Virus record (IMG/VR): IMGVR_UViG_3300032238_001058 | Coordinates: 1-64,000 of that record | Length of the DNA: 64,000 bases | Strand: one strand, 5' to 3' | From: a virus | Part shown: one piece after another, positions 63,992 to 64,000 of the stretch | Layout: each line of letters starts with the position of its first letter | How positions within the stretch are numbered: position 1 is the first letter of the stretch | The notes under the pieces: model-generated | Seen by the model: only the letters and a program-made list of their open reading frames with translations | Databases searched by the model: none | What the model was told of the DNA's origin: nothing | Translations under genes and position numbers: made by a program

Positions 63992-64000
63992 AGCAATCCA

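Overview
64 kb of a lytic dsDNA cyanophage genome, probably freshwater Synechococcus/Cyanobium-infecting. Gene content and order resemble S-EIV1-like phages (from recall, not a search). 1-14.5 kb: minus-strand early/accessory region with about 40 small ORFs, a short-variable-arm tRNA-Leu(TAA), a tandem array of hypervariable paralogs joined by a recurring ATGACTGA stop/start linker, and several families of repeated intergenic RNA structures with covariation. 14.5-43 kb: plus-strand virion/packaging module (candidate internal virion proteins, terminase, portal overlapping the scaffold, major capsid, peptidoglycan hydrolases, HNHs, NblA-like protein). 43-64 kb: dCTP deaminase, degenerate DNA methylase, tail fibres, endolysin/holin, a long imperfect inverted repeat (candidate origin), GT4 glycosyltransferase, SpeD, Prim-Pol/D5 primase-helicase, PD-(D/E)xK exonuclease, Hli and a SAM methyltransferase. 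The best candidates for undescribed systems are (i) the ATGACTGA-linked gene-cassette and segment-shuffling array, (ii) a three-copy stop-codon-coupled RNA switch plus other early-mRNA structure families, and (iii) an unannotated 38-aa signal-peptide ORF with a short mature tail (SSNWVGE) behind a structured RNA leader. All assignments were made by eye; no searches or folding programs were run.
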